DNA of 64,000 nucleotides, taken from positions 145,608 through 209,607 of the forward strand of contig BCKQ01000004.1 of assembly GCA_001600695.1 (NCBI GenBank), in the 5' to 3' direction. This DNA comes from Ascoidea asiatica JCM 7603 (taxonomy: Eukaryota > Fungi > Ascomycota). A program made the position numbers and the translations under genes. A model generated the notes under the pieces. It ran no database searches, was not told the origin of the DNA, and worked only from the letters and a program-made list of their open reading frames with translations. This document shows, piece by piece, positions 44,601 to 55,210 of this stretch (its first letter is position 1; every line of letters starts with the position of its first letter).

Positions 44601-46361
44601 TTGCTTCAGGTTGTGTATTACTCCAACCCTATAAAAATGAGAACACTGGAATGATCCAATTATATCCTGTTGCTTTTGAATCAAGAAAATTTTCAAAAAC
44701 ACAACAAAAGTATTCTGCTCAAGAGAGAGAACTTTTAGCTGTTGTTCATTCATTGATTCCTTTTCAAAAATATATTGAAGGATGCAAAATTATTGTTAGA
44801 ACCGATCATGAATTTCTTCAATATATTAGAACTAAATCAGATCCTGGAAAAAGAGTTAGAAAATTCATTGAAATCATTGAACATTATGATTGTGATATTC
44901 AATATAAGCCTGGAAAACAAAATGTGGTTCCTAATTTACTATCAAGAAGGACTGATTTGGTTGATGAAAAAGCAAATGAGACATTAATGGAAATTGATGA
45001 ACTTAATGAAACTGAAACTCAGATCAAAACCATCAAATCAATTAAGAATTTGTGTGAACTCGATCTTATTAGAATTAAAGAATTTTTTCAAAATAAAGAA
45101 ATTCCTAAAAATATGAGTTCTAAATTTATCTTTGCTAACTTTATTTTCTATGATAATCAACTACATATTAGAATTAAAGATCGTTTAGCTATTGTTTTAA
45201 GTGAAGATAAGTTTAAGGAAGTCTCTGAAAAAGTTCATCTTTCAAATGCTCACTGTTCCATTGGAAATCTAGAAAACATGGTAAATGAAAAATACTTTCA
45301 TCCTGATAGTATTCTATTATTTCAAGAAGTTATTAGAATTTGTCCTCATTGTCAGCTTATGAAAAAGCCACCAGCTATTTCTCAGACATTAACTCCAATT
45401 CCTGCTGCAACAGCCTTCTCAAGATGGGGGATGGATTAAATTGGTCCTTTTCAAAAAACTTCATATGGAAATAAATTTTGTATCACTGCAATTGATTATG
45501 GTGCAGATTATGCTTATGCTGTTGCAACACCAGATACTGGCTCGTTACATGTTTTAAATTTAATTCAAACTATCGTTACTAACGATGGTCAAATGAAAGA
45601 ATTAATTATGGACAATGGTTCTGGTTTTCTTCCAAATAATGTTATTGAGAAATTAGATTCCTTAGGAATCAAATGTCGCAAACCACTCCATATCCCACCC
45701 AGAGACTAATGGTAAATGTGAGAAATTTAATGGTTTATTCAATCAAATTTTTTTTCTTTTGAATGTTTCCTCAGCATCGGACCTCCATATCAATGTTGCA
45801 TTAACTCAATACTGGTCAAGAAAATCGAAATACGTGTTTTCACCTTACTTTGTAGCTTTTGGTGTATAATCAGGTTCAAGCAATAATATGCAACCTTATG
45901 CAAGAGTACCTACAGATGCCAAGGATCAAGAAGCTAAGCAATTAAGAGTCTTACAAACTCAAAAGCGAAATAAGAAAGAAAGGAACATTCCAAAATTAAT
46001 TGGAACATTGCAATTACCAAAAAGAACCTTCAATATGACAAAGCATTCAATAACGTTTTTGAAGTAGGTGATTATGTTTTAAGTCAAAGAGTTAGGAGAC
46101 ACAAATTCAAACAATATTATGATGATCAACACAATGTGACAAAGGTTTTTGAAAATAATCTTCACAAACTTTCTACTTTAAACGGTGCTGATATAAAAAA
46201 ATAAAGTACATAGTAATAGATTGTTTCCTGCTTTGGCTGACAATAACCATCCAATTAAAACAATTTTCAGTCATTATCAAACATTACTAAATGGTGATAG
46301 ATCACAATTAACTGAAATTGCCAGGGCCGTCAATTGTAAACGTGGAACTTTTTCATTGTGA
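41604..46361 (+). pseudogene. gag-pol polyprotein, disabled by stops and frameshifts
   Basis: Gag ATG 41604 with in-frame stops at 41706, 42534 and 42717; MHR-like EKVVDYITRF; CDFCNLPGHFRNTC (42966-43007); protease LFNTGA (43204); RT YVDD (44129-44140); RNase H YSAQERELLA; integrase HHCC, WGMD*IGP (stop 45437), MDNG and HPETNGKCE; frameshifts near 43185, 43385, 43815 and 45690. Confidence 0.93.
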
Positions 46362-46839
46362 ATCATTTTATTCTTTTATTAGAACTGTCTTCGAATATTC
46401 TAGGTTTTTCTTAGACTTTCTAAGATTACATAGATTGTTCTACGACTATATTGCATTGCTTTCTCAGAACTTCCGTGTGTATGATATTTGTACTAGAACG
46501 ATCTGGGTCTGCATTATTCATTCTTTCTTCAAATTCTGTGTGCATGTAGAATGTACTGGAATCTTCGTGTTTGTTCTTAGATTGACGTTGTGTCTTTTAG
46601 AACAATAGATTATTCTATTTTTTTTTTTAAGTATGGGAAGTGAATTTTCACATACTAAATTTACAAATTTATTTTTAAGATGGGTTACCCGCTCCTATTT
46701 CTACTAATATAAATAGGGCACTTACCTCCCATAATGTTTATATATTTTTATATTTTTTATATTTTAATTAACAATTGTTTATAATTTGAATTAGACATCT
46801 TGCTAGTAATAATTAAATATGTCGCTCGAACTACAATCA
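46353..46839 (+). repeat. 3' LTR
   Basis: Direct repeat of the 5' LTR; ends ACAATCA followed by the CAGT duplication. Confidence 0.92.
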
Positions 46840-46874
46840 CAGTGAAAAGGAAGTTTTCACTGCGTGTGTCGCTC

Positions 46875-46885
46875 TGAGTCACGTG
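46875..46885. promoter_or_regulatory. Overlapping TGAGTCA (Gcn4/AP-1-type) and TCACGTG (Cbf1-type) sites in the TEF4 promoter
   Basis: Sequence TGAGTCACGTG about 290 bp upstream of the TEF4 ATG. Confidence 0.45.
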
Positions 46886-47174
46886 CTCGGGTGGTGCTCT
46901 CCTTTTTCACTCTTCTTACTGTACTCTCTCTTACACTCCTTTACCCTCTTTTCACTTTTTCACTGTTATCTTTGGTAAGAAGAGTAAGATTATTTGTGAC
47001 TAACTACAACGGTACCGTTCTGACTGTACTGGCAATAGAGATTCCTAATCCTTTTTATATGAAAAATTTTCCTGTTTAAATTATATTTTGATTAATCAAA
47101 AGTTTATGAATTATTAATTTTCTTTAATTTTAATACTCAATTCAGATAGTATACTCATTTTAAACAACTTCAAC

Positions 47175-48422
47175 ATGAGTCAAGGAACTCTTTATACAAC
47201 TACTTCTATTCGTGGTGTTTTACCAAAAGCTTTAATTGATTATTTTAAGCTTGATATCAAAGTTTCAACTCCAGATTCAATTTATGAAAAAAACTTTCCA
47301 TTAAAGAAGGCTCCAACTTTTCTTGGTCCAAAAGGTTATAATTTACATGAAGTTATTGCAATTATCTTTTATATTTTATCATTAGTTGATGAAGAATCTA
47401 AAAAGGGTTTATTAGGTAGAAATTCTAATGATTATTGTCAAATTCTTAAATGGCTTTCTTTTAGTAACAGTGAATTACTTCCAGAATTAGCTTTACATTT
47501 TAAGCCTTTAATTGGTGCTCTTCCTTATAATAAAAAACAAGTTGATAATGCTGCTATTGCAATTGAAAAATTAATTCAAATTTATGAATCAAGATTAGGT
47601 CAATATACTTTCTTAGTCGGAGAAAGAATTACTATTGCTGATTTATTTTCTGCAGCTGTTGCAACTAGAGGTTTTGATCATTTATGGGGAGTTGAATGGA
47701 GAAAAGCTCATCCAAATTTTGTTAGATGGTGGAAAACTGTTATTGCTTCTCCTATCTTCGCTCCATGTTATTCAACTTATTCTTTCAGAGAAAAACCAGT
47801 TGAATTTGTTCCTCCAAAAAAAGAAAAAAAATCAAAACAACAACAAGCCCCAAAATCAAAAAAATCTGAAAAGAAAGAAAAAAAAGTCAAAGAGGCTGAA
47901 GTAGATGATATCCCTGCTGAGCCAAAAAAAGCAAAACATCCTTTAGAAGCTTTAGGTCGTTCTTCAATTCCAATTGATGAATGGAAACGTACTTATTCTA
48001 ATGAAGAAACAAGAGAAGTTGCTTTACCTTATTTCTGGTCTAAATTTTATAATCCTGAAGAATGGTCTATTTGGAAAGTTTCCTATAAATATAATGATGA
48101 ATTGACTTTAACTTTCATGTCTAATAATTTAGTTGGTGGTTTTTTCAATAGATTATCTGGTTCAATTAAATATATGTTTGGTTGTTTAGTTGTTTATGGT
48201 GAAAATAATAATAATGGTATTGTTGGTGCTATTATGGTTAGAGGTCAAGATTTCAAACCAGCTTTTGAAGTTGCTCCAGATTGGGAATCTTATGATTTCG
48301 AAAAACTTGATACTTCTTCTCAAGAAACCAAAGATTTTGTTGATAACATGTGGGCTTGGGATAAGCCAGTTGTTGTTGACGGCCAATCTAGAGAAATTTC
48401 TGATGGTAAAGTTCTTAAATGA
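47175..48422 (+). CDS. TEF4: Translation elongation factor 1B gamma (intronless)
   Basis: MSQGTLY GST-like N-domain, KHPLEALG, DEWKRTYSNEETREVALP, FMSNNLVGGFFNRL, APDWESY, DGKVLK. Confidence 0.96.
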   Translation: MSQGTLYTTTSIRGVLPKALIDYFKLDIKVSTPDSIYEKNFPLKKAPTFLGPKGYNLHEVIAIIFYILSLVDEESKKGLLGRNSNDYCQILKWLSFSNSELLPELALHFKPLIGALPYNKKQVDNAAIAIEKLIQIYESRLGQYTFLVGERITIADLFSAAVATRGFDHLWGVEWRKAHPNFVRWWKTVIASPIFAPCYSTYSFREKPVEFVPPKKEKKSKQQQAPKSKKSEKKEKKVKEAEVDDIPAEPKKAKHPLEALGRSSIPIDEWKRTYSNEETREVALPYFWSKFYNPEEWSIWKVSYKYNDELTLTFMSNNLVGGFFNRLSGSIKYMFGCLVVYGENNNNGIVGAIMVRGQDFKPAFEVAPDWESYDFEKLDTSSQETKDFVDNMWAWDKPVVVDGQSREISDGKVLK

Positions 48423-48957
48423 TTAAGCTCTATTGCTTTATATTAGCCAAGATTATATTAGACTATATTATTCTTTTTTAGTTTATTGAATTTAATATAA
48501 TTTAAATTATCTTTTATTATATTTTTTCTGTAGTTTAAGCAGTAATAATATTGAGTATCACTATTCAATATTTTTTCCTTGTCATTCCAGCCAATAAAAT
48601 TATTCACCAACCTATTCAATTTCAATGTAACTTAAATTAAAATCATTTGAAATTGTATTGTTTTATATCTTTTTTGTTTTTTGAAGACATTTGTAAATTG
48701 TATATTTGACGTTCAGTAATGGAATGTATACTTTTATTTATCATAATAAATCAACATAGTACTTTCACGCGGTCCACTGGATATTAGAAAAATTCGGAAG
48801 ACTTTATTTTTAATCAAATTATAAATTTTAAGATAAGATATCGTAACGGAATTTTCCAAATAAAAAAAATTGTTAAATAGTTTTCTCAAATCAAAGAGTA
48901 TAAATTTATTATTTCCATTATAAAAAACTATTTTAGAGCTACTTGGTGTGATCTTTG

Positions 48958-51291
48958 ATGATGACCTCTTATCCTGTAGATATTCCAATAACAAATTTAG
49001 ATGATAATAGTGATGATGATATAATCAATCCCGATTCAAGTGTTCTTGAAGATCTTGAGGAAAGTTATTTAAACGTTTTAGACGAGGGTTCTGATTATTT
49101 AGGCTTGAATAGGCCTAATAATTCAAAAAAAAGCTTTATACCATCTTCTATCAAAAACAAAATAAGTGATATTTTTAAGAAATCAGAAAATTATCACCAT
49201 CTAGATTCAACCGCTAAATTATATGCAAATGATTCCGTTAATGATGGTATTGAACTCAGAGGCTTTCAGGATTCTGAATCGACTTTTGCTTCTACGATAC
49301 CGAGCAGAAGTGATTTGTTTGACGCTGATAGAAACATGGAAGATGACAATTTTGAAAGCGTAAATTCAATCTTTAATCAATTTACAAATAACAAACAAAA
49401 CAGTTCTTTATTTGGAATAAATTTCAATAGAATTGTTTATTTTGTTTCTCTAGCCTCATTTTTAGCATTCTTAATCATAACATCAGTTATATTATCAAAT
49501 AATAAATATCAAGAAACAGTAACTCAAGAATCTTCAATGATTGAAAAAATGCTCTTATTCAATGGAACTAATCATTTTTATCCAACAACCGTGTTAATAT
49601 CTTTAGATGGATTTCATCCACATTATATTTCTCCACATTTAACACCTTTTATGCATAACTTAATGATTAATTCTTATGGTGCTCCCTATATGACACCTTC
49701 TTTTCCTTCTTCCACTTTCCCTAATCATTGGTCTATAATAACTGGGCTTTATCCTGCTGATCATGGGGTTGTCGGTAATACTTTTTTTGATCCTTCAAAC
49801 GATTTGCAATTTCATAATACTAATCCTAAGTTATCTTTAGATCCTATTTATTGGGGCGGTGAACCAATATGGAAAACAGCTCATGATCAAGGAGTTTTAA
49901 GCGCAGTTCATATGTGGCCAGGATCCGAGGTTACTTTTACATCAGGAAATCCAATGGAAGTTGATAAGTATAATGGATCCGAACTTTTATCATCAAAAGT
50001 GAATAGAATATTGGGCTGGTTAGATCGTAATATTACAAATAGACCCGAATTAATATTAAGCTATGTTCCAACAATCGACTCTATAGGTCATAAATATGGT
50101 ATCTCAGGTTCAGAGTTAGATAAAGGCTTGGTATATGTTGATAATTTCCTTGAAACTCTATTGATAGGATTTCAAGAAAGAAATTTAACAGAAATACTAA
50201 ATTTTATTATTGTTTCAGATCATGGAATGGCACAAGTAAGTAATGACAGAGTTATTTTATTAGATGATTTGATTGACTTGAAAAAGATACAGCATATAGA
50301 TGGTTGGCCTTTGTTTGGATTGAGACCATTTGAAGAATATTCGGTAAATGACATTTATAAGGAATTGATGGTAAATTATGAAAAGTTTGATGAGCCTTGC
50401 TTTATGATTTACAAAAAAGAAGATATGCCCCCAGAATGGAATTTTGGAACAACCACGTCCAAGTATTCTGATAGAATCGCTCCATTATGGGTTATACCTA
50501 AAATTGGTTATGTTATAGCTACAAAGGAAGAAATGAAGCAAAAAGATTATGACTATAAACCGCTAGGTATTCATGGTTACAATAATACAGAAGTCTTGAT
50601 GAGAGCTTTGTTTTTAGGTACTGGGCCATATTTTCAAAAGCTTCTTTCTTCTGAAAAATTTTCTAAAGTGATGCCATTTCCAAATACTGATGTTTATAAC
50701 ATTTTATGTGAAACGCTTCATATTGACCCATCACCAAATAATGGTTCAGTTCCTGACCAAATTTTAAACAAAAAAAAGATACTTGAGCATTCTTGGAGGG
50801 ATCCATATGCATATCCGAGTGTTGATTTTATGGTCGATGTTATTCCCGAAAATGCTACATATGATATTCTTTATAGAGAAGGCCTTTCCAATCGTTTCTT
50901 AGAAAACGAAGAAGAAATAGATGCAAGCAAAAATATTGAAGAACTTAATCCTTCATCCTTGATGCTAAGCGAGGAGAAAACTATGACTTCCATAATACCA
51001 GATCTTACGCCGACTCCTATTTACATAAACACAAAAGAAACAGATTTTTCCATTTCGTCAGATATTAGTGGCACAACAAGTAATAGCATTATAAGTTCTA
51101 CGATAGTTATATACCCTTCTGCCAATCCTCAAACGGATAAATCGTTTTGGAATCAAATTGAGGAGGTCTTTGAAGATTTGGAAGATGGTGCCGAAGAACT
51201 CATAGAAGTAATTTCAGATTCCCTTGGCTTGACGGATGAAAATAGTGATACAGAAGCAATTGATAAAAAGGAAAAGATTAACTTTGCCTAG
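48958..51291 (+). CDS. NPP1: Ectonucleotide pyrophosphatase/phosphodiesterase
   Basis: Single TM, ISLDGFHPHY, PSFPSSTFPNHWSIITGLYP, IVSDHGM, GIHGYNN. Confidence 0.9.
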   Translation: MMTSYPVDIPITNLDDNSDDDIINPDSSVLEDLEESYLNVLDEGSDYLGLNRPNNSKKSFIPSSIKNKISDIFKKSENYHHLDSTAKLYANDSVNDGIELRGFQDSESTFASTIPSRSDLFDADRNMEDDNFESVNSIFNQFTNNKQNSSLFGINFNRIVYFVSLASFLAFLIITSVILSNNKYQETVTQESSMIEKMLLFNGTNHFYPTTVLISLDGFHPHYISPHLTPFMHNLMINSYGAPYMTPSFPSSTFPNHWSIITGLYPADHGVVGNTFFDPSNDLQFHNTNPKLSLDPIYWGGEPIWKTAHDQGVLSAVHMWPGSEVTFTSGNPMEVDKYNGSELLSSKVNRILGWLDRNITNRPELILSYVPTIDSIGHKYGISGSELDKGLVYVDNFLETLLIGFQERNLTEILNFIIVSDHGMAQVSNDRVILLDDLIDLKKIQHIDGWPLFGLRPFEEYSVNDIYKELMVNYEKFDEPCFMIYKKEDMPPEWNFGTTTSKYSDRIAPLWVIPKIGYVIATKEEMKQKDYDYKPLGIHGYNNTEVLMRALFLGTGPYFQKLLSSEKFSKVMPFPNTDVYNILCETLHIDPSPNNGSVPDQILNKKKILEHSWRDPYAYPSVDFMVDVIPENATYDILYREGLSNRFLENEEEIDASKNIEELNPSSLMLSEEKTMTSIIPDLTPTPIYINTKETDFSISSDISGTTSNSIISSTIVIYPSANPQTDKSFWNQIEEVFEDLEDGAEELIEVISDSLGLTDENSDTEAIDKKEKINFA

Positions 51292-51885
51292 CAATTTCCC
51301 TTAATTGTTTGACAGAAATGTTTTTGTAAGAAAATTGCATAGTACGTAATTTAAAACCAAGTATTACAAATTTTGGAATCAATGAGATCATTTGAATATT
51401 TGTATTTGAAAATTTTAAATGATATATAGACTAAGCATTCATTAAAAGAAAAAAAAATAATGGTTAAAAGTAAAGTTCAATTTGAAATTTCTTGTAGAAC
51501 TGGAACTAAATTTTGAGATATAATAATTACAGATTTCGAGGTAAAAATTACCTTTAGAACTTAAAATGCACAATATACTTCCAATAATATTACTGACAAA
51601 TCTTTAAATCATGTTGTCAAGAGTAATTTAATTGTTTATGAATACTTTGCTTTAGAAACTAAAATTATAAAAAAAAAAACGGAAAGCTAACTGGAATAAC
51701 TATTCATCATTATTAAGACCAGCTAAGTAAATGGATGATAGCTAACAGTTTGCGTTTTATATTTATTTTCTTTAAAGTAGTAACTATGGAGATTCATTGA
51801 AAAATTATTGAAAATTTGTTATATTAAAAAAAGTTTATTTTACTGAAGGTATAGGATAATCCATATTCCATTAACTTGAAATGAT

Positions 51886-53484
51886 CTAATCATTATTCAA
51901 CTGAGGTAAAGGATGACTTTTCATATATTCGTCTTGCTTCTTCTTGCTTTCTTCTATATTCTTTGGAAGCAAAGGTTTTGGAACAAGTTCAACTTCTTCC
52001 ATTACATCTTCTGAAATTCTATTAAAATAGTTGAATTTATGAGATTTCAATCTTTTTTTTGTTGGGCCGACTGGCCTAGCCATATTATTCACCTCGAAAT
52101 ATAAAGGGATACAACTTATTTGACTCCAATTGTAATCTGATTTCCCATCACAGTCACATCTTCTTTTGATTCTTTCTTCAAAAGCTCTTGGACATTGACC
52201 TTTAGGAGGGTGAAAATAACCTAAATTATCAAAATAATGAACTTCAGATTTATCTAGAAATAAGGCAACTGCCATTGAATGAATGGGTGCGTCACCCCAT
52301 CTTTCATAAAAAAAACCTCCATTTTGATCTATATAATCAAAAAATTTAGAATAAGCTTCGGATCGATAAAAATCCATATCACCAATTTCAAAATTTGACC
52401 AAAAATGACACATATTGAAAGTTTTACCTTCATCATCAGTTAATAGCTCAAAATTATTATTCTCTTTGATAAATTGGGGATAAAGTGAAACAAAGTTCAT
52501 CACAGTTTTCCACAACGTTCTAACAGTGGTATGCAATTCATAAGGAGCCATAGTAAAACTGTATACTTTTTTATTCTCCCTCATAAATTTAAATGGATCA
52601 AAATTGATATCACATCTATATCTAATTTCGGGTTCAACTCTCCAATAATATTTGTAATTCAATAATTCAGGTAGTCTGTAAAAAAAGCCAGAATTAAATC
52701 TACACATATGTCGATAACTTTCTAAATGACCATATTTAATTTTCTCTTTTTTCATTTTTGCTCTTACTTTTGCGGCTTTTTCTCTATCTATCCAATCTGG
52801 ATAAGACCAGAATTCTTTTGGAATTTTAACAAAAATTGCCTTTCCACTAACTAAACTACTGACTTTTAATTTAAATTCATCAGAAAAGTCATCATTATTA
52901 GCAAAGATCCAATCATAGCGATAATTTCTATTGAATCTATCTTCGACATTTCGTATGGAATTTAAAATTCCAAAAATATCTTCATTTCTCGCTAATGTGA
53001 ATAAAGTGGCATTTTCTTTTTTATATTCTTCTATTTTTAAACCTGAATTTGGATGATCATACACTATCGGTTCTAGTAGGATCTCTTTTTTTTCTTCATT
53101 TTGATCATTTTCATTATTTTCTTTTTCTTTATTTTCTTGATTATCTTGTTTTTTTTCAGTTTTTAATTCTTCCTGTTTAGACTTATTGGTATCACTAATT
53201 TCTAAAGCTATATCCTGCTTTGATTTACCATCTAATTTTTCATTTGATTTAGCAATCAAATTGTTATCTTGATCTTTAAAAATCGAATTCGGCGTGTCCT
53301 TTATCAATCCAACATCTGTGGTTATAGAATTATACAGGTTTTGGGATAGAAGAAATATCGTAATTAATAAAATTGGAGAAGCTATGAAAAAATAGATAAG
53401 TCTTTTGTTTCTAGTCACTTTAATATTTTGATTGCCTCCATGATAAACACCTCCTCTTTCTTTGACATAAATTCTTTCAACCAT
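51886..53484 (-). CDS. GT15 alpha-1,2-mannosyltransferase (KRE2/KTR family)
   Basis: Type II TM and stem, ENATLFTLARN, SYRHMCRFNSGFF, YYWRVEP, CHFWSNFEIG, GGFFYERWGDAPIHS. Confidence 0.92.
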   Translation of the reverse strand: MVERIYVKERGGVYHGGNQNIKVTRNKRLIYFFIASPILLITIFLLSQNLYNSITTDVGLIKDTPNSIFKDQDNNLIAKSNEKLDGKSKQDIALEISDTNKSKQEELKTEKKQDNQENKEKENNENDQNEEKKEILLEPIVYDHPNSGLKIEEYKKENATLFTLARNEDIFGILNSIRNVEDRFNRNYRYDWIFANNDDFSDEFKLKVSSLVSGKAIFVKIPKEFWSYPDWIDREKAAKVRAKMKKEKIKYGHLESYRHMCRFNSGFFYRLPELLNYKYYWRVEPEIRYRCDINFDPFKFMRENKKVYSFTMAPYELHTTVRTLWKTVMNFVSLYPQFIKENNNFELLTDDEGKTFNMCHFWSNFEIGDMDFYRSEAYSKFFDYIDQNGGFFYERWGDAPIHSMAVALFLDKSEVHYFDNLGYFHPPKGQCPRAFEERIKRRCDCDGKSDYNWSQISCIPLYFEVNNMARPVGPTKKRLKSHKFNYFNRISEDVMEEVELVPKPLLPKNIEESKKKQDEYMKSHPLPQLNND

Positions 53485-53974
53485 TTCCAGCACAATTTCC
53501 TTTATTTATGTCTTCTTTCTGGTTAATTGATAATTACTTTCAAGCATTGCACCTTCTTTTTCATTTAACTTATTTACTAATGAAATATTTGTTGTAGTCA
53601 TGAAAAGCCTAGGAAGATTATATGCTCTATGGGTGCATTTCAAACAGGCTTATTTATATCCATTATGGTGGATCTATTCAGTACTTGACCAGAGCACAGA
53701 ATACAGCATTACTACACAGTTTTTGAAGGAGAGCACAGCTTCAAGAAATGGTTCTAGAATTGCCCTAAAACGGAGATTGATGATTTTCCAGATAATACAG
53801 TAACAGCAAAATTATGAAAATATTTGCCAATAAAATATAAATCTGCAAAAAGATTCATAGAGACTTAAGTTATTTGAAATCACTAGCAGAATACAGTAAT
53901 TAAAACATAGAAATCGAATACTTGTTGTGTTTAGGCGAAGTTTTGGAATAAATTTTAAAATTATCTTTTATGAA

Positions 53975-55132
53975 ATGGTATCGAATTTAGCTTTAGTTAA
54001 AACAGTTGAAGGAACTGGTACTGTTTGGAGTATAGATGCTCATAATAAATTACCACTTTTAGCGGTTGCAGCAGACAAATTAATAAAGATTTATAACTTA
54101 TTGAATAATCAGCTCATAGCAACTTTAGATTTAACTCATAAAAGATCAATACGATCAATTTCTTGGAAACCTATAGGAAGTTTTCCAAGTTTAGCTGCTG
54201 GTTCTTTTGACTCCACGATTTCAATTTGGGGTAAAGATTCATTAACGGATGATGCAAATGAATCAATATTAAATAATGCAGACTATTTTTTATCCTTTGA
54301 TAATTCAAATACAGATTGGGAGTTAATGGCGATTATTGAAGGTCATGAGAATGAAATTAAATCAGTAAGTTGGTCTTCTGATGGTAAATATTTAGCTTCT
54401 TGTTCAAGAGATAAATCAATCTGGATTTGGGAATCTGATGATAATAATGAAGAATTTGAATGTATTTCTGTTTTAACTGATCATACTCAAGATGTTAAAA
54501 ATGTTACTTGGCACCCTAGAGAAGAATTATTAGCTTCTTGTTCTTATGATGATACGATAAAATTATGGAAACCTGATTTTGATGATAGTGATGATTGGAC
54601 ATGTATTTCTGAATTAACTGATCATGAAGGAACTGTTTGGTGTGTAGATTTTGAAAAAAAAAAAAAAAATTCAAAAGTGAATGACCTTTATGAAACACAT
54701 ATAAGATTGGCTAGCTGTAGTGACGATTTAACTATAAAAATATGGAAAAGAATAAAATCTTCTACTGATTTTAATAACAATTCCAGTAATAATGGAATTC
54801 CTTCGACAATAAAATTTGATTCAAATAATGAAGAAGAATGGATTTTAGAAGCAGAATTACCACAAGTTCATAATAGAACAATATACTCAATATCCTGGAG
54901 TGAAAATTCTGGTAAAATTGCTAGTGTTGGCTCTGATGGTAAATTAGTGGTATATAAAGAGATCGAGCCTACTGATTGGGAGGTGGTTGCAATACATGAA
55001 TTTTCTCATGAAGTATATGAGATTAATTGTGTTAAATGGTCTCCGATTTATAATTTTTTTGATATTGAAGAAGAATATTTAATAACTGGTGGAGACGATG
55101 GTAATGTTAAAATTTGGGCTTTGAGTGATTGA
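53975..55132 (+). CDS. CIA1: Cytosolic Fe-S assembly WD40 protein Cia1
   Basis: HKRSIRSISW, AGSFDSTISIW, EGHENEIKSVSWS, ASCSRDKSIWIWE, HTQDVK.V.WHP, YEINCVKW. Confidence 0.95.
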   Translation: MVSNLALVKTVEGTGTVWSIDAHNKLPLLAVAADKLIKIYNLLNNQLIATLDLTHKRSIRSISWKPIGSFPSLAAGSFDSTISIWGKDSLTDDANESILNNADYFLSFDNSNTDWELMAIIEGHENEIKSVSWSSDGKYLASCSRDKSIWIWESDDNNEEFECISVLTDHTQDVKNVTWHPREELLASCSYDDTIKLWKPDFDDSDDWTCISELTDHEGTVWCVDFEKKKKNSKVNDLYETHIRLASCSDDLTIKIWKRIKSSTDFNNNSSNNGIPSTIKFDSNNEEEWILEAELPQVHNRTIYSISWSENSGKIASVGSDGKLVVYKEIEPTDWEVVAIHEFSHEVYEINCVKWSPIYNFFDIEEEYLITGGDDGNVKIWALSD

Positions 55133-55210
55133 CTAAACAAATTTTCGAATGTTATTTGCATTACATATATGATTAAATTTGAACTATAATTGAGTATATT
55201 TATTTTAATT

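Larger units (their letters stand above)
40524..46839 (+). mobile_element. Full-length, degenerate Ty3/gypsy-class LTR retrotransposon
   Basis: Two direct repeats of about 488 bp; outer termini TGATTGT...ACAATCA; CAGT duplicated at 40520-40523 and 46840-46843; domain order Gag(CCHC)-PR-RT-RH-IN. Confidence 0.96.

Noticed and set aside
41706-45439. In-frame TAA/TGA in gag-pol as stop-codon readthrough or recoding
   Set aside because: They co-occur with frameshifts and catalytic-site substitutions, and host genes use the same codons as normal stops, so decay is the simpler explanation
46318-46608. 96-aa ORF overlapping the 3' LTR
   Set aside because: TTG start, lies in LTR sequence, and the frame is broken by an indel in the 5' LTR copy
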